64,000 bases of DNA from positions 1,504,001-1,568,000 of the forward strand of contig OZ242195.1 in NCBI GenBank assembly GCA_965205975.1, read 5' to 3'. This document shows positions 18,667 through 28,180 of this stretch, in pieces. Every line of letters starts with the position of its first letter. Position 1 is the first letter of the stretch. The notes below the pieces were generated by a model. That model saw nothing but the letters and a program-made list of their open reading frames with translations, ran no database searches and was not told the origin of the DNA. The position numbers and the translations under genes are program-made. This DNA comes from Candidatus Latescibacterota bacterium (GTDB lineage: Bacteria; Latescibacterota; UBA2968).

Positions 18667-18979
18667 AATTGTGACGCTGGGAGATAAAGAAATTGAGGTA
18701 GATGAAGATGGGTTTATCCAACAGCCCGAGCTTTGGGACGAAGATGTAGCGCGTGATCTGGCCCGGCAAGATGGCATTGAGGAGATGACCAAAGATCACT
18801 GGCAGGTCGTGTATTATATCCGCAATTATTGGTTGAAATTTGAAATCGCTCCATTGATCCGCCGCTTGTGCAAAGAGACAGAAAAAGATATCGATACGAT
18901 TTACGACCTGTTTTCCGCTGGTCCCGCAGATGGCGCGTGTAAAATCGCAGGTTTGCCAACGCCTACGGGGTGTACGTGA
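18656..18979 (+). CDS. dsrC: DsrC sulfur-carrier protein with both C-terminal cysteines
   Basis: VDEDGF, HWQVVYYIR and the C-terminal arm GPADGACKIAGLPTPTGCT (C-X10-C). Overlaps the upstream gene by 11 nt. Confidence 0.88.
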   Translation: MAYEIVTLGDKEIEVDEDGFIQQPELWDEDVARDLARQDGIEEMTKDHWQVVYYIRNYWLKFEIAPLIRRLCKETEKDIDTIYDLFSAGPADGACKIAGLPTPTGCT

Positions 18980-18985
18980 CCAACT

Positions 18986-19882
18986 CTACCCCGTACGCGC
19001 TTGAATATTCGACATATCTTCAATAACCGTGAGCAAACCCGAGTGGTCGAGTTCGCCCCGACCTTTGATCATTGCGGTCTTAAAAAGCTCAAAAACCTCG
19101 CTGGTAACGGGCAAGGGTACGCCGAAATCATTGCTCGTTTTCTGGATGATATTGAGGTCTTTGTAGTGCAGGCGAATGCGAAAACCGGGATCAAAATCCC
19201 CGTTGACCATACGCTCACCCCTGTTTTCAAGTACACCGCAGCGCGCAAGTCCCCCACTGAGCACCTGAACAATTTTGATTGGATCAACGCCTGCTTTGGT
19301 ACCCATTGTGAGTGCTTCAGATACGCCGGCAATAGTGACGGCAACGAGGATTTGATTGCACGCTTTCACGGTTTGCCCAGCGCCGAGCGGTCCACACAAA
19401 ATCGCACTTTGGCCCATAACGTCAAAGAGCGGTTTGACCTTGTTGAACGTATCTTCATCGCCGCCAACCATAATGGAAAGAGTGGCGTTTTGAGCGCCGA
19501 TGTCGCCACCGCTGACGGGTGCATCGAGACTTTGAACGCCTTTTTCCGAGAGCACCTCCCCCACCTGCGTGGTAACACTGGGCGCAATCGTGCTCATATC
19601 GACGAAAATCAGACCCTCGTGCGCGCCTCCAATAATCCCGCCCTCGCCCAAAGCGACGCTTTCGACATCGGGTGAATCGGGCAACATAGTGATAACAATA
19701 TCGCTTTGTGCTGCCACCTCTTTACCAGAATGCGCTTCTGCTGCCCCTCTACCAACGAGTTCATCGACCGCATCTCGATTGCGGTTGTGTACGACGAGCT
19801 CATATCCAGCATCCATCAAATGACCGGCCATCGGTTTGCCCATGATCCCGAGACCGATAAACCCAATTTTTGGCTTCGACAT
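18986..19882 (-). CDS. garR: 2-hydroxy-3-oxopropionate (tartronate semialdehyde) reductase-like
   Basis: IGFIGLGIMGKPMA, DAPVSGG, GAGQTVKACNQI and PGFRIRLHYKDL. Confidence 0.8.
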   Translation of the reverse strand: MSKPKIGFIGLGIMGKPMAGHLMDAGYELVVHNRNRDAVDELVGRGAAEAHSGKEVAAQSDIVITMLPDSPDVESVALGEGGIIGGAHEGLIFVDMSTIAPSVTTQVGEVLSEKGVQSLDAPVSGGDIGAQNATLSIMVGGDEDTFNKVKPLFDVMGQSAILCGPLGAGQTVKACNQILVAVTIAGVSEALTMGTKAGVDPIKIVQVLSGGLARCGVLENRGERMVNGDFDPGFRIRLHYKDLNIIQKTSNDFGVPLPVTSEVFELFKTAMIKGRGELDHSGLLTVIEDMSNIQARTG

Positions 19883-19931
19883 GTATTAAACTCCTTTCAA
19901 CGGAAAATATAATTTATCAAAACAAGGATTC

Positions 19932-20855
19932 CTATAACTTCCTCAACTCCGCAAGCGAGGGAAAGGCATGGCGCTCCCACACTCGTACAACCACCCCATC
20001 TACGATATAGGCCAATCGCGGATACCCATGCGCATGGGTCAAGCGCTTGAAATCGGCAAAAGAAATAGTTGCTATGGTAAAACGCGGTCGGAACTGCATT
20101 TTGAATTGCGCGGTCACGGGATGATCTTTGGGATACTGGCTCAAAGCAATCAACCTGGGCACTTCTGGATCGGCAGCCCAGACATTGAGCTTGGGCACGG
20201 CGACCTGGCAATAGTGACAACTTGGACTAAATAATTCGATCAGATAGGCTCCACGCGTCAAATCGATATCCACATCTAACAGGGATAAACCTTTCAGATA
20301 ATCACCCACCTGCAGGTCTGAATCAGCTATCCGATCGCGCTCGGGCACATATCTAAAACCCAGCACAGTCATGGCAACCAATCCACCGACTAGGACCACC
20401 CATCGCCCCCATGCCCATAGCGCAACGGACCTTCGCCGCAACCCCCACCAGGAAAAGACCAGCAACCCCAGCATAAGAAAATTTTCCACCATTGCCTCAG
20501 TTGGCGAGCGATCGACCAGAGTACCAAAACACCCACAACTCTCCCCCATCCCCCGATGCAAGGCATGGGCGGTAATCGCGATAAAAAAAACCATCATCAC
20601 CACACCTATGGGCAAAACGAGACGCGGCTTCCAATCGACCAGAAGCGCGAGACCCACCAGGCATTCTAACGGGCCGAGCAACAGTGCCAAACGGGCGACC
20701 ATCTCTACTGTCTCGCGCCCGACAAAAATCTGGGCAGGTATCACAGCCTCCCAAAAAAAGAGCACGGGATCCCATATCTTAGTCAGACCAGCCACCAGAA
20801 AAACCACACCCATAATTCTCTGGCTTACCCACAGGCTCTTTTCTAATCCACTCAT
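19932..20855 (-). CDS. DoxX/MauE-family membrane protein fused to a thioredoxin-like domain
   Basis: TM helices with AGLTK and SCGCFG, and a C-terminal FSPSCHYC (CxxC) ... YPRL. Confidence 0.75.
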   Translation of the reverse strand: MSGLEKSLWVSQRIMGVVFLVAGLTKIWDPVLFFWEAVIPAQIFVGRETVEMVARLALLLGPLECLVGLALLVDWKPRLVLPIGVVMMVFFIAITAHALHRGMGESCGCFGTLVDRSPTEAMVENFLMLGLLVFSWWGLRRRSVALWAWGRWVVLVGGLVAMTVLGFRYVPERDRIADSDLQVGDYLKGLSLLDVDIDLTRGAYLIELFSPSCHYCQVAVPKLNVWAADPEVPRLIALSQYPKDHPVTAQFKMQFRPRFTIATISFADFKRLTHAHGYPRLAYIVDGVVVRVWERHAFPSLAELRKL

Positions 20856-20869
20856 AGATGTTTCCTCTT

Positions 20870-21700
20870 TCAGTTAATAAATAACGGCTGATCGGATCGC
20901 GGTACAATGCCCGCTTCTTCTGCACGCGCAAAAAGATCGACCAGTGCAGCCTCGCCATCTGCGCCGTAATCCAACGTGTATTCATTGACGTAGAGATCGA
21001 TGTGCTGCTGCATAACAGCTTCGTCCATCTCCTGTGCGTGCTCGCGGATGTAATTTTTAACTGCATCCGGGTTTTCATGTGCATATTCCACACTGGCGCA
21101 AAGAGATACATCAATTTGTTGAATCATTTCTTTGCCGAGATCACGTCGGGCGAGAATACCGCCGAGCGGAATGGGATGTCCCGTAGATGCCTCCCACCAT
21201 TCGCCCAGGTCAATGACTTTGTGCAGACCATAATCGGGATAGGTAAATCGCGATTCGTGGATAATCACGCCGGCATCAACATCGCCTTTTTGCGTGGCCT
21301 CCATAATCTCGTCAAAAGGCATTGCAACGAGATTGTCAAGTGCAGGATTAAAGAGACGCAGCAAGAGCGCGGCCGTGGTGAGTTCGCCGGGAATGGCAAT
21401 GCGTTTGCCCAACAAAGCGCTTGGATCAAGGGCATCAGACGCGATAACGAGCGGTCCACACCCACGCCCCAATGCCCCCCCCGAATGCAACAGACAATAG
21501 CGATCTCGCATAAATGCAAGCGCGTGGAATGATATCTTGGTCATATCCAATTTACCAGCCATAGCCATGCGATTCAGCGTCTCGATATCTTCGAGAATCT
21601 CGCGGCATCTGGGCGCGCCGTCAATTTTTCCGTGAACCAGACCGTAGAAAATATATGTGTCATTGGGACACGGGGAATAACCAAGAGAAATACGGGACAT
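20870..21700 (-). CDS. mqnD: 1,4-dihydroxy-6-naphthoate synthase
   Basis: GYSPCPNDT, DIETLN, GGALGRGCGP, IIHESRFTY, PIPLG and HIDLYVN. ATG at 21700. Confidence 0.95.
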   Translation of the reverse strand: MSRISLGYSPCPNDTYIFYGLVHGKIDGAPRCREILEDIETLNRMAMAGKLDMTKISFHALAFMRDRYCLLHSGGALGRGCGPLVIASDALDPSALLGKRIAIPGELTTAALLLRLFNPALDNLVAMPFDEIMEATQKGDVDAGVIIHESRFTYPDYGLHKVIDLGEWWEASTGHPIPLGGILARRDLGKEMIQQIDVSLCASVEYAHENPDAVKNYIREHAQEMDEAVMQQHIDLYVNEYTLDYGADGEAALVDLFARAEEAGIVPRSDQPLFIN

Positions 21701-21713
21701 GATGAACCTCGCG

Positions 21714-22433
21714 TCATAGAGCCTCAACGAATTTTTGCGCTGCAATTTGCACACGATGGACAGATTGGGGAATATCCCAGGTGTCTTTGTTGCGGTCTTC
21801 TACAAGATTACTAATAGCGCGTAATTCGAGAAATGGAACCGCGTAAAGGGTGCAGACATGTGCCGCAGCCGCACCCTCCATGTTTTCACATATCGCATTG
21901 AAACGCGCTGCCAGTTCATTGCCAATATCCTCGCGCCCTGTACATTGTTGCACCGTAACAAAAGGACCTTGCACAACACATTCGCCCGATTGTTCGAGTA
22001 TGTGCTGCGCCCTGGCGACAAGCGCGGGATCGAGAGAATACGTATTGTAATAATCGCGATCTGTTGACAGGACGGGAATACCGATCTCATCAGCAGGAGA
22101 CCAGCCAGCAGGTGTGATGACGCCTAAATCGCCATAATTTTCTTCGGTCGCAAGTGCGAGATCGCCCTTATCCAGGCCACTGCCGAGATAAGCACCGCCT
22201 ATGCCGATTTGCAGAACGAGTTCGGGATCAATTTCCTGGAGTGCAACAGTGAGCGCCTGCGCCGTATTGACCGCCCCAATACCCGTTTCAACAAGGACTA
22301 CGGGGCTGATGCCAATCATACCACAAACCCAGACGCGATGTCCCAGGCGCTGTGTTGTCGCCTGTTGAAGACTATCGCGCAAACGCTGTTGCTCATAAGC
22401 CGTGGCTGTCAGGATAAGCAGAGGATCGGGCAT
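21714..22433 (-). CDS. mqnB: Futalosine hydrolase
   Basis: PNP/MTA nucleosidase fold (TGIGAVN, GIGGAY, ENMEGAA, ELRAISN.VE.R...W), adjacent to mqnD. Confidence 0.9.
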   Translation of the reverse strand: MPDPLLILTATAYEQQRLRDSLQQATTQRLGHRVWVCGMIGISPVVLVETGIGAVNTAQALTVALQEIDPELVLQIGIGGAYLGSGLDKGDLALATEENYGDLGVITPAGWSPADEIGIPVLSTDRDYYNTYSLDPALVARAQHILEQSGECVVQGPFVTVQQCTGREDIGNELAARFNAICENMEGAAAAHVCTLYAVPFLELRAISNLVEDRNKDTWDIPQSVHRVQIAAQKFVEAL

Positions 22434-22443
22434 GGTCGAGTAC

Positions 22444-23463
22444 CTAAAAAGAAAAGGGTATCTTCAGAGGCACGGTCCGCCGCGCAGGTTCGTACCATCC
22501 CTGAGGGGCGAAATGATCGGAATGCAAATAGCATTTTACATCTACTTTGTCGCATCCTTCCGCAAAGGTCAAAACACGACTCATCGGCACGTTCTTTTGC
22601 CCGTGAAATTTTGAAATCGCAGCGACGTTAATAAATGTCGCGCCCCACTTCTGTTCCACATGCGAACACCCGCCCGTCGTATCTTCGGGATTTGTATGCG
22701 TGTGTCCGCCCAGCCAGATATCACAAACACCGGGATTATCTGCCAGAAAACCTTCAAATTGTCCGCTATCTGGTTTGCCCCCCACCCAGTAGAGATACGA
22801 AGCCCCAATAGGCGCGCCATCGTCAAAACGACCGTGATAGCCTTCATCCACGCCCACCCAATCGAGCGAAGCAACCGTCGTCTCTTTTAACATGTGGTGA
22901 TGTGCGGAAATAATAATTTTATCCCGATGGGAAAGCACCGTATCGCGCCACCATTCAAATGTCTCCTGCGTGACAGCGCCTGCGGGATAACCGCCCCTTT
23001 TCCCCCGTCCCACAGGCGGCCCACCGTCATTGCGATCACCCATACACAAAAACAGGATATTGCCCACCTCAAAAGAATACCGATCCCACTGTCCGGTTAC
23101 GGGATATGGTCGTTGATCGGCATAAACTCCCGAATATTCGGAATTCACACCCATCGGATCCACCCACTTTTGAAACCACCACTGCGTCTCTTCATCGGGA
23201 CCACTCGCATCGTGATTGCCCACGATATTGTAAAAATGCGATCGCGGATGTTTGGTCGATACACTGTATTGTCGAACCACCTCCTCGCCTTCTTCATCAT
23301 CGGGCGGTTCCTGCGCGCCGGATAGATCGCCAATATCGAGCATCACATCCCATTCAAAATCTCGCTCTGCCTGCAAAATGGCAGTTTCCAAACTCTTTCG
23401 CCCCCGCCGCAGATCCGTTCCCACATGTGCATCCCCACCAGCCCAGAGTGTAAATGCGTTCAT
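22444..23463 (-). CDS. Calcineurin-like metallophosphoesterase
   Basis: DAH, GDL, GNHD, HH and GHTH motifs. ATGA overlap with the upstream gene. Confidence 0.85.
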   Translation of the reverse strand: MNAFTLWAGGDAHVGTDLRRGRKSLETAILQAERDFEWDVMLDIGDLSGAQEPPDDEEGEEVVRQYSVSTKHPRSHFYNIVGNHDASGPDEETQWWFQKWVDPMGVNSEYSGVYADQRPYPVTGQWDRYSFEVGNILFLCMGDRNDGGPPVGRGKRGGYPAGAVTQETFEWWRDTVLSHRDKIIISAHHHMLKETTVASLDWVGVDEGYHGRFDDGAPIGASYLYWVGGKPDSGQFEGFLADNPGVCDIWLGGHTHTNPEDTTGGCSHVEQKWGATFINVAAISKFHGQKNVPMSRVLTFAEGCDKVDVKCYLHSDHFAPQGWYEPARRTVPLKIPFSF

Positions 23464-24344
23464 TGCGACCCCCGCCACCCGATATCAATACTCGTGTACC
23501 CATCGGTATATCGCTTCAAATGGTCCGGAATATTTTTCAAAAACCACTGGCCTGATTCCGGTATCTTCCACGGAATATCGATTCTGTGATCGCGATCCCT
23601 GAACCCAATCGCGCACGAAAGGCGCGTTTCACCCAACCGATTGGGAAATGCCCCGTGGTACGTGCGGTGGGCAAACACAATCATATCTCCCCCATTTGTG
23701 AACAGGGGAACCAACCCCGGAATATCAAACCCCGCGTAGCGATGTTCTTTCTCGCCTTCGGGATAAAACGAACGTCGATCTGCCGTCATCTTAAATCCTT
23801 CGGGACCTTCCCAGCCCTCCACATGAGAATCTTCGATCACGCACAGGCCACCGTGAACCGGGCGCGACCCTGTCAGATAAAACCACTTGCCCGACGGCCA
23901 GAGTCCGCGATTCAACACATCGCCCGAGTTCAAAATTTTATCGGAATATCCACACCAATCCGTATGCCACCCCACGGGCTGAGACCCCGACATGCGGATA
24001 ATCGCAGCAGAGCGATGGACGGTCATATCATTTGTGCCAATCAAATGCCGGTGAATAGCCATGAATGGCTCGTATTCCAAAAGCTCCCATGCACCTGGTC
24101 CAGATTCAATCCACGCATGTCGCGTGCGACTCTGCCCGCCCTCTAACGTCCCGTCTGGATCTGTGCCGTCATACACTGCCTGTTTGAGCTTTTCGACAAT
24201 CTCGTCAGGCAACACGTCTTTAATAATTGCAAACCCGTGCGCCTCCAGGCACTCGGACATTACATCGAGTTCATCTGTAGCAAATTCATAGCAATAGCCC
24301 AAATCGGGCTTTTTAATATGTGAGTAGTCTGCTTTTAATGCCAT
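23460..24344 (-). CDS. Phytanoyl-CoA dioxygenase (PhyH)-family Fe(II)/2OG enzyme
   Basis: HGF.II..VL, WHTD, GGL.VI..SH and GD..VF....YH...N. Confidence 0.85.
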   Translation of the reverse strand: MALKADYSHIKKPDLGYCYEFATDELDVMSECLEAHGFAIIKDVLPDEIVEKLKQAVYDGTDPDGTLEGGQSRTRHAWIESGPGAWELLEYEPFMAIHRHLIGTNDMTVHRSAAIIRMSGSQPVGWHTDWCGYSDKILNSGDVLNRGLWPSGKWFYLTGSRPVHGGLCVIEDSHVEGWEGPEGFKMTADRRSFYPEGEKEHRYAGFDIPGLVPLFTNGGDMIVFAHRTYHGAFPNRLGETRLSCAIGFRDRDHRIDIPWKIPESGQWFLKNIPDHLKRYTDGYTSIDIGWRGSQ

Positions 24345-24358
24345 CGAAAACTCCTTTG

Positions 24359-27064
24359 TTATTTCATCTCAAAATCTCCCGAACCAACCGCACGGTGTTC
24401 CACATCCTCATCTCGAATGGTCACAAACGACGATGTCCGAATCTGCAACTGCACTGTGCCCTCAATCTCCCGAAGTGGAAAAAAGCAATGCGCCATTCCC
24501 GTATTTGTAATGCGAAAACCGGGATCGTCTTCGAGAATGACCTCCCTACCCACCACGCGTTGAACGCGCAACCCGCGCGTTGTACCATCGCCAAATGTCA
24601 CCACAGCAACAACATCTTCTATGTCCCCCATTTCAGGCGTACCATTTATGACCAATGCATGATACGGCGCGCCATCCTGTATTCGCAATACATCTGTAAC
24701 CCGCCCCGTATAGATACCGCCACCTGTTAATTGCGCTGTTTTCCATTGCACCTTCTCCCCACCCCATAAACCCATAACTCGCGCCTCACCATCCTGCTCG
24801 CGCACAAAACCGACTTCGCCTTGAAAAATGAGATCGCCCCTGTGAAAGACATCTATCCCGGGTCGCAGAACAATGTGATCCATACCGCCCCGATGGCGCA
24901 CTTTCAGGTACACGCCACGCTCGCCAATATCCTCCACCTCAACAGAATCGATAAACGCCTTATCCCGAAATGGTTCGTGAACAGCCATGAATCGACTCGG
25001 TGATTGATCTTTTTGCCGAACCATCAACATGGGCATGCGAAATTGGTCGAGTAGCGGTTCGTCTTCGTCTGCACGCCGCACAGAGGGCGCGTCCCCCACA
25101 AAAAGTTCGCTATCCGTCAACCCCACAAGATGAATACGCACGGCAACATCATCCCCGTGAAAGGTGACACGCGCATCCTGTACATGATCGTTATGTAACA
25201 CATTCTGAAAAAATGCAAGCGCGACATTCCGTCCCTCTGCATCCCCCCGGTCGCGTTCGTGTTCTGGAAATCGTACCTTCACACCCGGTAGCAAATTTTC
25301 ACCATAATTCTGCAAAGGCACATTGACCTCTGTCCGCATATCGCCATCCGCGCTTCCGTGCATCACCCAATCGCGCTGATCGCCGCCTCGAACGCGAAAT
25401 AAATCAACCACATAGTGATCCTCTCCCTCCGCATTTACAAGCATGACCAATCGCCGATATTCTTCCGCCAGTCCGGGATACACATCCTCTCCACTCGCTT
25501 CCACCCATTGCACAGGGGGGTATGCGGCTTCAAACGCCAGCAGAGAACCATCTATAATACCCTTTCGATTGGAGCGTTCTTGTTCCCCTTCATCAATTAA
25601 CACAGTATTGTGGCACAAGGTGCTCGTTGCCCAGCTTCGATATCGGGTATGGGTATAGCCCACATCGGAGAGCAGTTCCTGCCCCTTAGCAAAAAGCATC
25701 AGATTCAAATTGTCCGCATGGGCATGCCCATAAGCCCCCGAAAAGTGCAAATGCACCTGCACTTGATGTTCGCCCTTTCCTCTCCCCAACCACGCATGCC
25801 CAATACCCGGCAGCAATGTCGAATGCGACTGTTCAAGCGGTTTCACATTGGGATCAACCCGTCGGCTATCCAACCGCGCCCAGGCATCGTGCATGGGAAT
25901 CCACCGCCCATCGGGATATCTACAAATATCCAGAAGATGATTTGCCTTTCTCACAATGGCAATATCTCGCTCCAGATCGAGATTGTCGTATCGCACGCCA
26001 TCGTCCGATACATAACCCAATGAGTCGGAATACCCTTTCAGCGCGTCAAACACTCCCTGCATACCCGCCATTGTCATCCGGTGATACCCCAAACTGCCTT
26101 CATGCCAGAACCCATCCGCATAAAATTGACGCTCAAACAGCCCAATACTTCGACGAACTGCTTCATGCACCAGTTCCGGATCGCCCAAAACGCGGCCAAT
26201 CACCGCATACCCTACGTAAATTCGAGGGCTTGCATTGCCATAAGTGATCTCGTGAAAACCTTCCTGGCGAATGGCCCCGCGGAAAAAATCGTCCTCAATC
26301 CGCTTTTTCACATCTACCCCAATCGCATCGGACAATCGCTCCAATTCGCCACTTGCATAAATCGCATCGTAAGCCAGTGCCAGATTGGTCGGCATTTCAT
26401 CTGCACGCCACCGCCCCCACTTTCCTCCAAAATTTGGATAGGGAGGTTCAAACACAAATCCCTTTTGTTCGTGTGCTCGATCATAACTCACCAGAAAACC
26501 CGGATAATACCGCGCAAATGCGTCCAGAATCAGTGCCACGCGTCGCGCATACGTCGCATCTCCCGTTGCCTGGTATAACTGCCCCAAATCTTCCGCAATC
26601 GCCGCAAAATACACACGCGCTTCTCGCCACGCCTTTGCCCGAAAATAATACCGAAAACCCGTCTCATCTTCCCAAAAGGGATATGTCACCGTCTCACCCA
26701 CCGGATTGACGACCGTTAGTACCTGGTCATCGGGATACGCCTCATTGGGAAACACCATCTCGCAATATCGGCACTGCACGCGATGAGGATCTTTAATTGA
26801 CCACCGCAACTGCCCTTCCTGAGCACCCGCATCGCAATCGGGACATCCCACAAATCGAAACCCTGTCTTATCGGGGATCAACGCCACCATCTCAGCTTCA
26901 GAAAGCGCCATCACTGCTCGCACGCGCCGTTTCATACGCGCAACTTCCTTCTCGGTTAAATTCACCTGATAAACCGGGCGTTCACTGGCTTGCATAGCCA
27001 ATACTCCTGTGAAAATTTGTATTGTGATCAGAAGAATGCGTATCGAAGCATTAAAAGTGTCCAT
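24359..27064 (-). CDS. Secreted heparinase II/III-family protein with an N-terminal Cys4 element
   Basis: Signal peptide, CPDC...CRYC, DGFWHEGSLGYH, GHAHADNLN, SDVGY and HNTVLIDE. Confidence 0.8.
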   Translation of the reverse strand: MDTFNASIRILLITIQIFTGVLAMQASERPVYQVNLTEKEVARMKRRVRAVMALSEAEMVALIPDKTGFRFVGCPDCDAGAQEGQLRWSIKDPHRVQCRYCEMVFPNEAYPDDQVLTVVNPVGETVTYPFWEDETGFRYYFRAKAWREARVYFAAIAEDLGQLYQATGDATYARRVALILDAFARYYPGFLVSYDRAHEQKGFVFEPPYPNFGGKWGRWRADEMPTNLALAYDAIYASGELERLSDAIGVDVKKRIEDDFFRGAIRQEGFHEITYGNASPRIYVGYAVIGRVLGDPELVHEAVRRSIGLFERQFYADGFWHEGSLGYHRMTMAGMQGVFDALKGYSDSLGYVSDDGVRYDNLDLERDIAIVRKANHLLDICRYPDGRWIPMHDAWARLDSRRVDPNVKPLEQSHSTLLPGIGHAWLGRGKGEHQVQVHLHFSGAYGHAHADNLNLMLFAKGQELLSDVGYTHTRYRSWATSTLCHNTVLIDEGEQERSNRKGIIDGSLLAFEAAYPPVQWVEASGEDVYPGLAEEYRRLVMLVNAEGEDHYVVDLFRVRGGDQRDWVMHGSADGDMRTEVNVPLQNYGENLLPGVKVRFPEHERDRGDAEGRNVALAFFQNVLHNDHVQDARVTFHGDDVAVRIHLVGLTDSELFVGDAPSVRRADEDEPLLDQFRMPMLMVRQKDQSPSRFMAVHEPFRDKAFIDSVEVEDIGERGVYLKVRHRGGMDHIVLRPGIDVFHRGDLIFQGEVGFVREQDGEARVMGLWGGEKVQWKTAQLTGGGIYTGRVTDVLRIQDGAPYHALVINGTPEMGDIEDVVAVVTFGDGTTRGLRVQRVVGREVILEDDPGFRITNTGMAHCFFPLREIEGTVQLQIRTSSFVTIRDEDVEHRAVGSGDFEMK

Positions 27065-27574
27065 TTAAAGAAGTCCGCTAATATTCTGAACAGGTGAAAA
27101 GTATCCTGCATCAACCATAGCTTGAAGAACATCATCAGCCTCTTGAGGTGTTAGTATCTCATCACGGCAACACACCTTGAGAATACCAATTGTTCCCGTA
27201 AATTGCACATTACGTTCTATACAACAGTCTCTTGCAGCCTTGTCATCTGTAGCGACAATTCCACCGCGGCTTTGTACACAGGCAATACAGGAAGCTTCGC
27301 CGGGTGACAAGATTCGCAATAAGTCACGAAATACTACTCTTTCTCTACCTTTCAAAATATCCGCTTGAGCAAATACACCTGTCCTGACTGCATCTTCTAT
27401 TTCTCGCAATGCATGATATCCTTCCGTAATACCATCGGTAATTTCATCCAAAACAGGAGATGTGATCTGAATCTGGGAACCATAACGCACGACCAACAAA
27501 TCCAAATGGTTTGTCAGTGCAAAATTGCATAATGTCACTGTATCAAAATAATACTGAGGCATATCTTCAGGCAT
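27065..27574 (-). CDS. PIN-domain toxin (DUF3368-like)
   Basis: FDTVTLCNF, LDEI, PGEASCIA, ATDDKAAR and GTIGIL. Confidence 0.8.
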   Translation of the reverse strand: MPEDMPQYYFDTVTLCNFALTNHLDLLVVRYGSQIQITSPVLDEITDGITEGYHALREIEDAVRTGVFAQADILKGRERVVFRDLLRILSPGEASCIACVQSRGGIVATDDKAARDCCIERNVQFTGTIGILKVCCRDEILTPQEADDVLQAMVDAGYFSPVQNISGLL

Positions 27575-27881
27575 TGGCTGTATCCTCATCGGCATACGCA
27601 CTGTTCTGATCAATTCCATGTTCTATGAGCCACTGTCTCAACTGTAAAATGTGCATTCCCATTACACGCGCCAGTTTACCGAGACTGATAAATCCACCTT
27701 GATAAGCTACAAGCGCCTGGCTTTGATGCAGAGGCAGATCGGCAAATGAAATTTGGTAACATGCCAAAAGTGCCTCGCGCACGAGTTGATCTTTGCTTTT
27801 ACGCCGCGATTTTGCCAATAGCTGGAGTCTTTCATCCATCTCTCTGTCGAGTTTTACATGCAACGTCGTTCCCTGTGCCAT
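27567..27881 (-). CDS. RHH + UPF0175-like antitoxin
   Basis: TLHVKLD...KSKDQLVREAL and YQGGFISLGKLARVMG. Overlaps the PIN gene. Confidence 0.75.
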   Translation of the reverse strand: MAQGTTLHVKLDREMDERLQLLAKSRRKSKDQLVREALLACYQISFADLPLHQSQALVAYQGGFISLGKLARVMGMHILQLRQWLIEHGIDQNSAYADEDTANA

Positions 27882-27904
27882 ATTACCTCCTCAAAATATG
27901 CGTA

Positions 27905-27933
27905 TTGACATGATATATAAGGTTCTCTACATT
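27905..27933 (+). promoter_or_regulatory. sigma70 promoter, probably giving a leaderless transcript
   Basis: TTGACA-N17-TACATT with an ATG 7 nt downstream (27941) and no RBS. Confidence 0.6.
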
Positions 27934-27940
27934 GTGCTAT

Positions 27941-28118
27941 ATGAAAATGAACAAACTAAAAAAACGCCTGAGGAAAAACCGTCCTATGACCATCGTATCT
28001 ATTCGGTTTCCCGGAGATCCTGCCCGCTTTGGTTAATAACCTAAAAAAACGCGGTATCAGTGAAGCAATAATCACCGAAGCTTTGGCAGAAGCAAATCAG
28101 GAACCAAAACCGCAATAA
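27941..28118 (+). pseudogene. CopG/BrnA-like antitoxin remnant (internal deletion and frameshift)
   Basis: MKMNKLKKRLRKNRPMTIVSIRFPGD then an early stop. A different frame gives LVNNLKKRGISEAIITEALAE...stop. Confidence 0.55.
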
Positions 28119-28150
28119 TTATTATTGTACAAATCATCCCTTTTTTGAGC

Positions 28151-28180
28151 AAGCCTTGCAGAATCCTCTGTGAGGCTTTT
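28151..28180 (+). terminator. Terminator hairpin
   Basis: AAGCCTTGCAGA/TCTGTGAGGCTT stem followed by T's, at a convergent gene junction. Confidence 0.6.

Noticed and set aside
15257..18979. Calling the organism a dissimilatory sulfate or sulfite reducer
   Set aside because: No dsrAB, dsrD, aprAB, sat or qmo genes are in the window.
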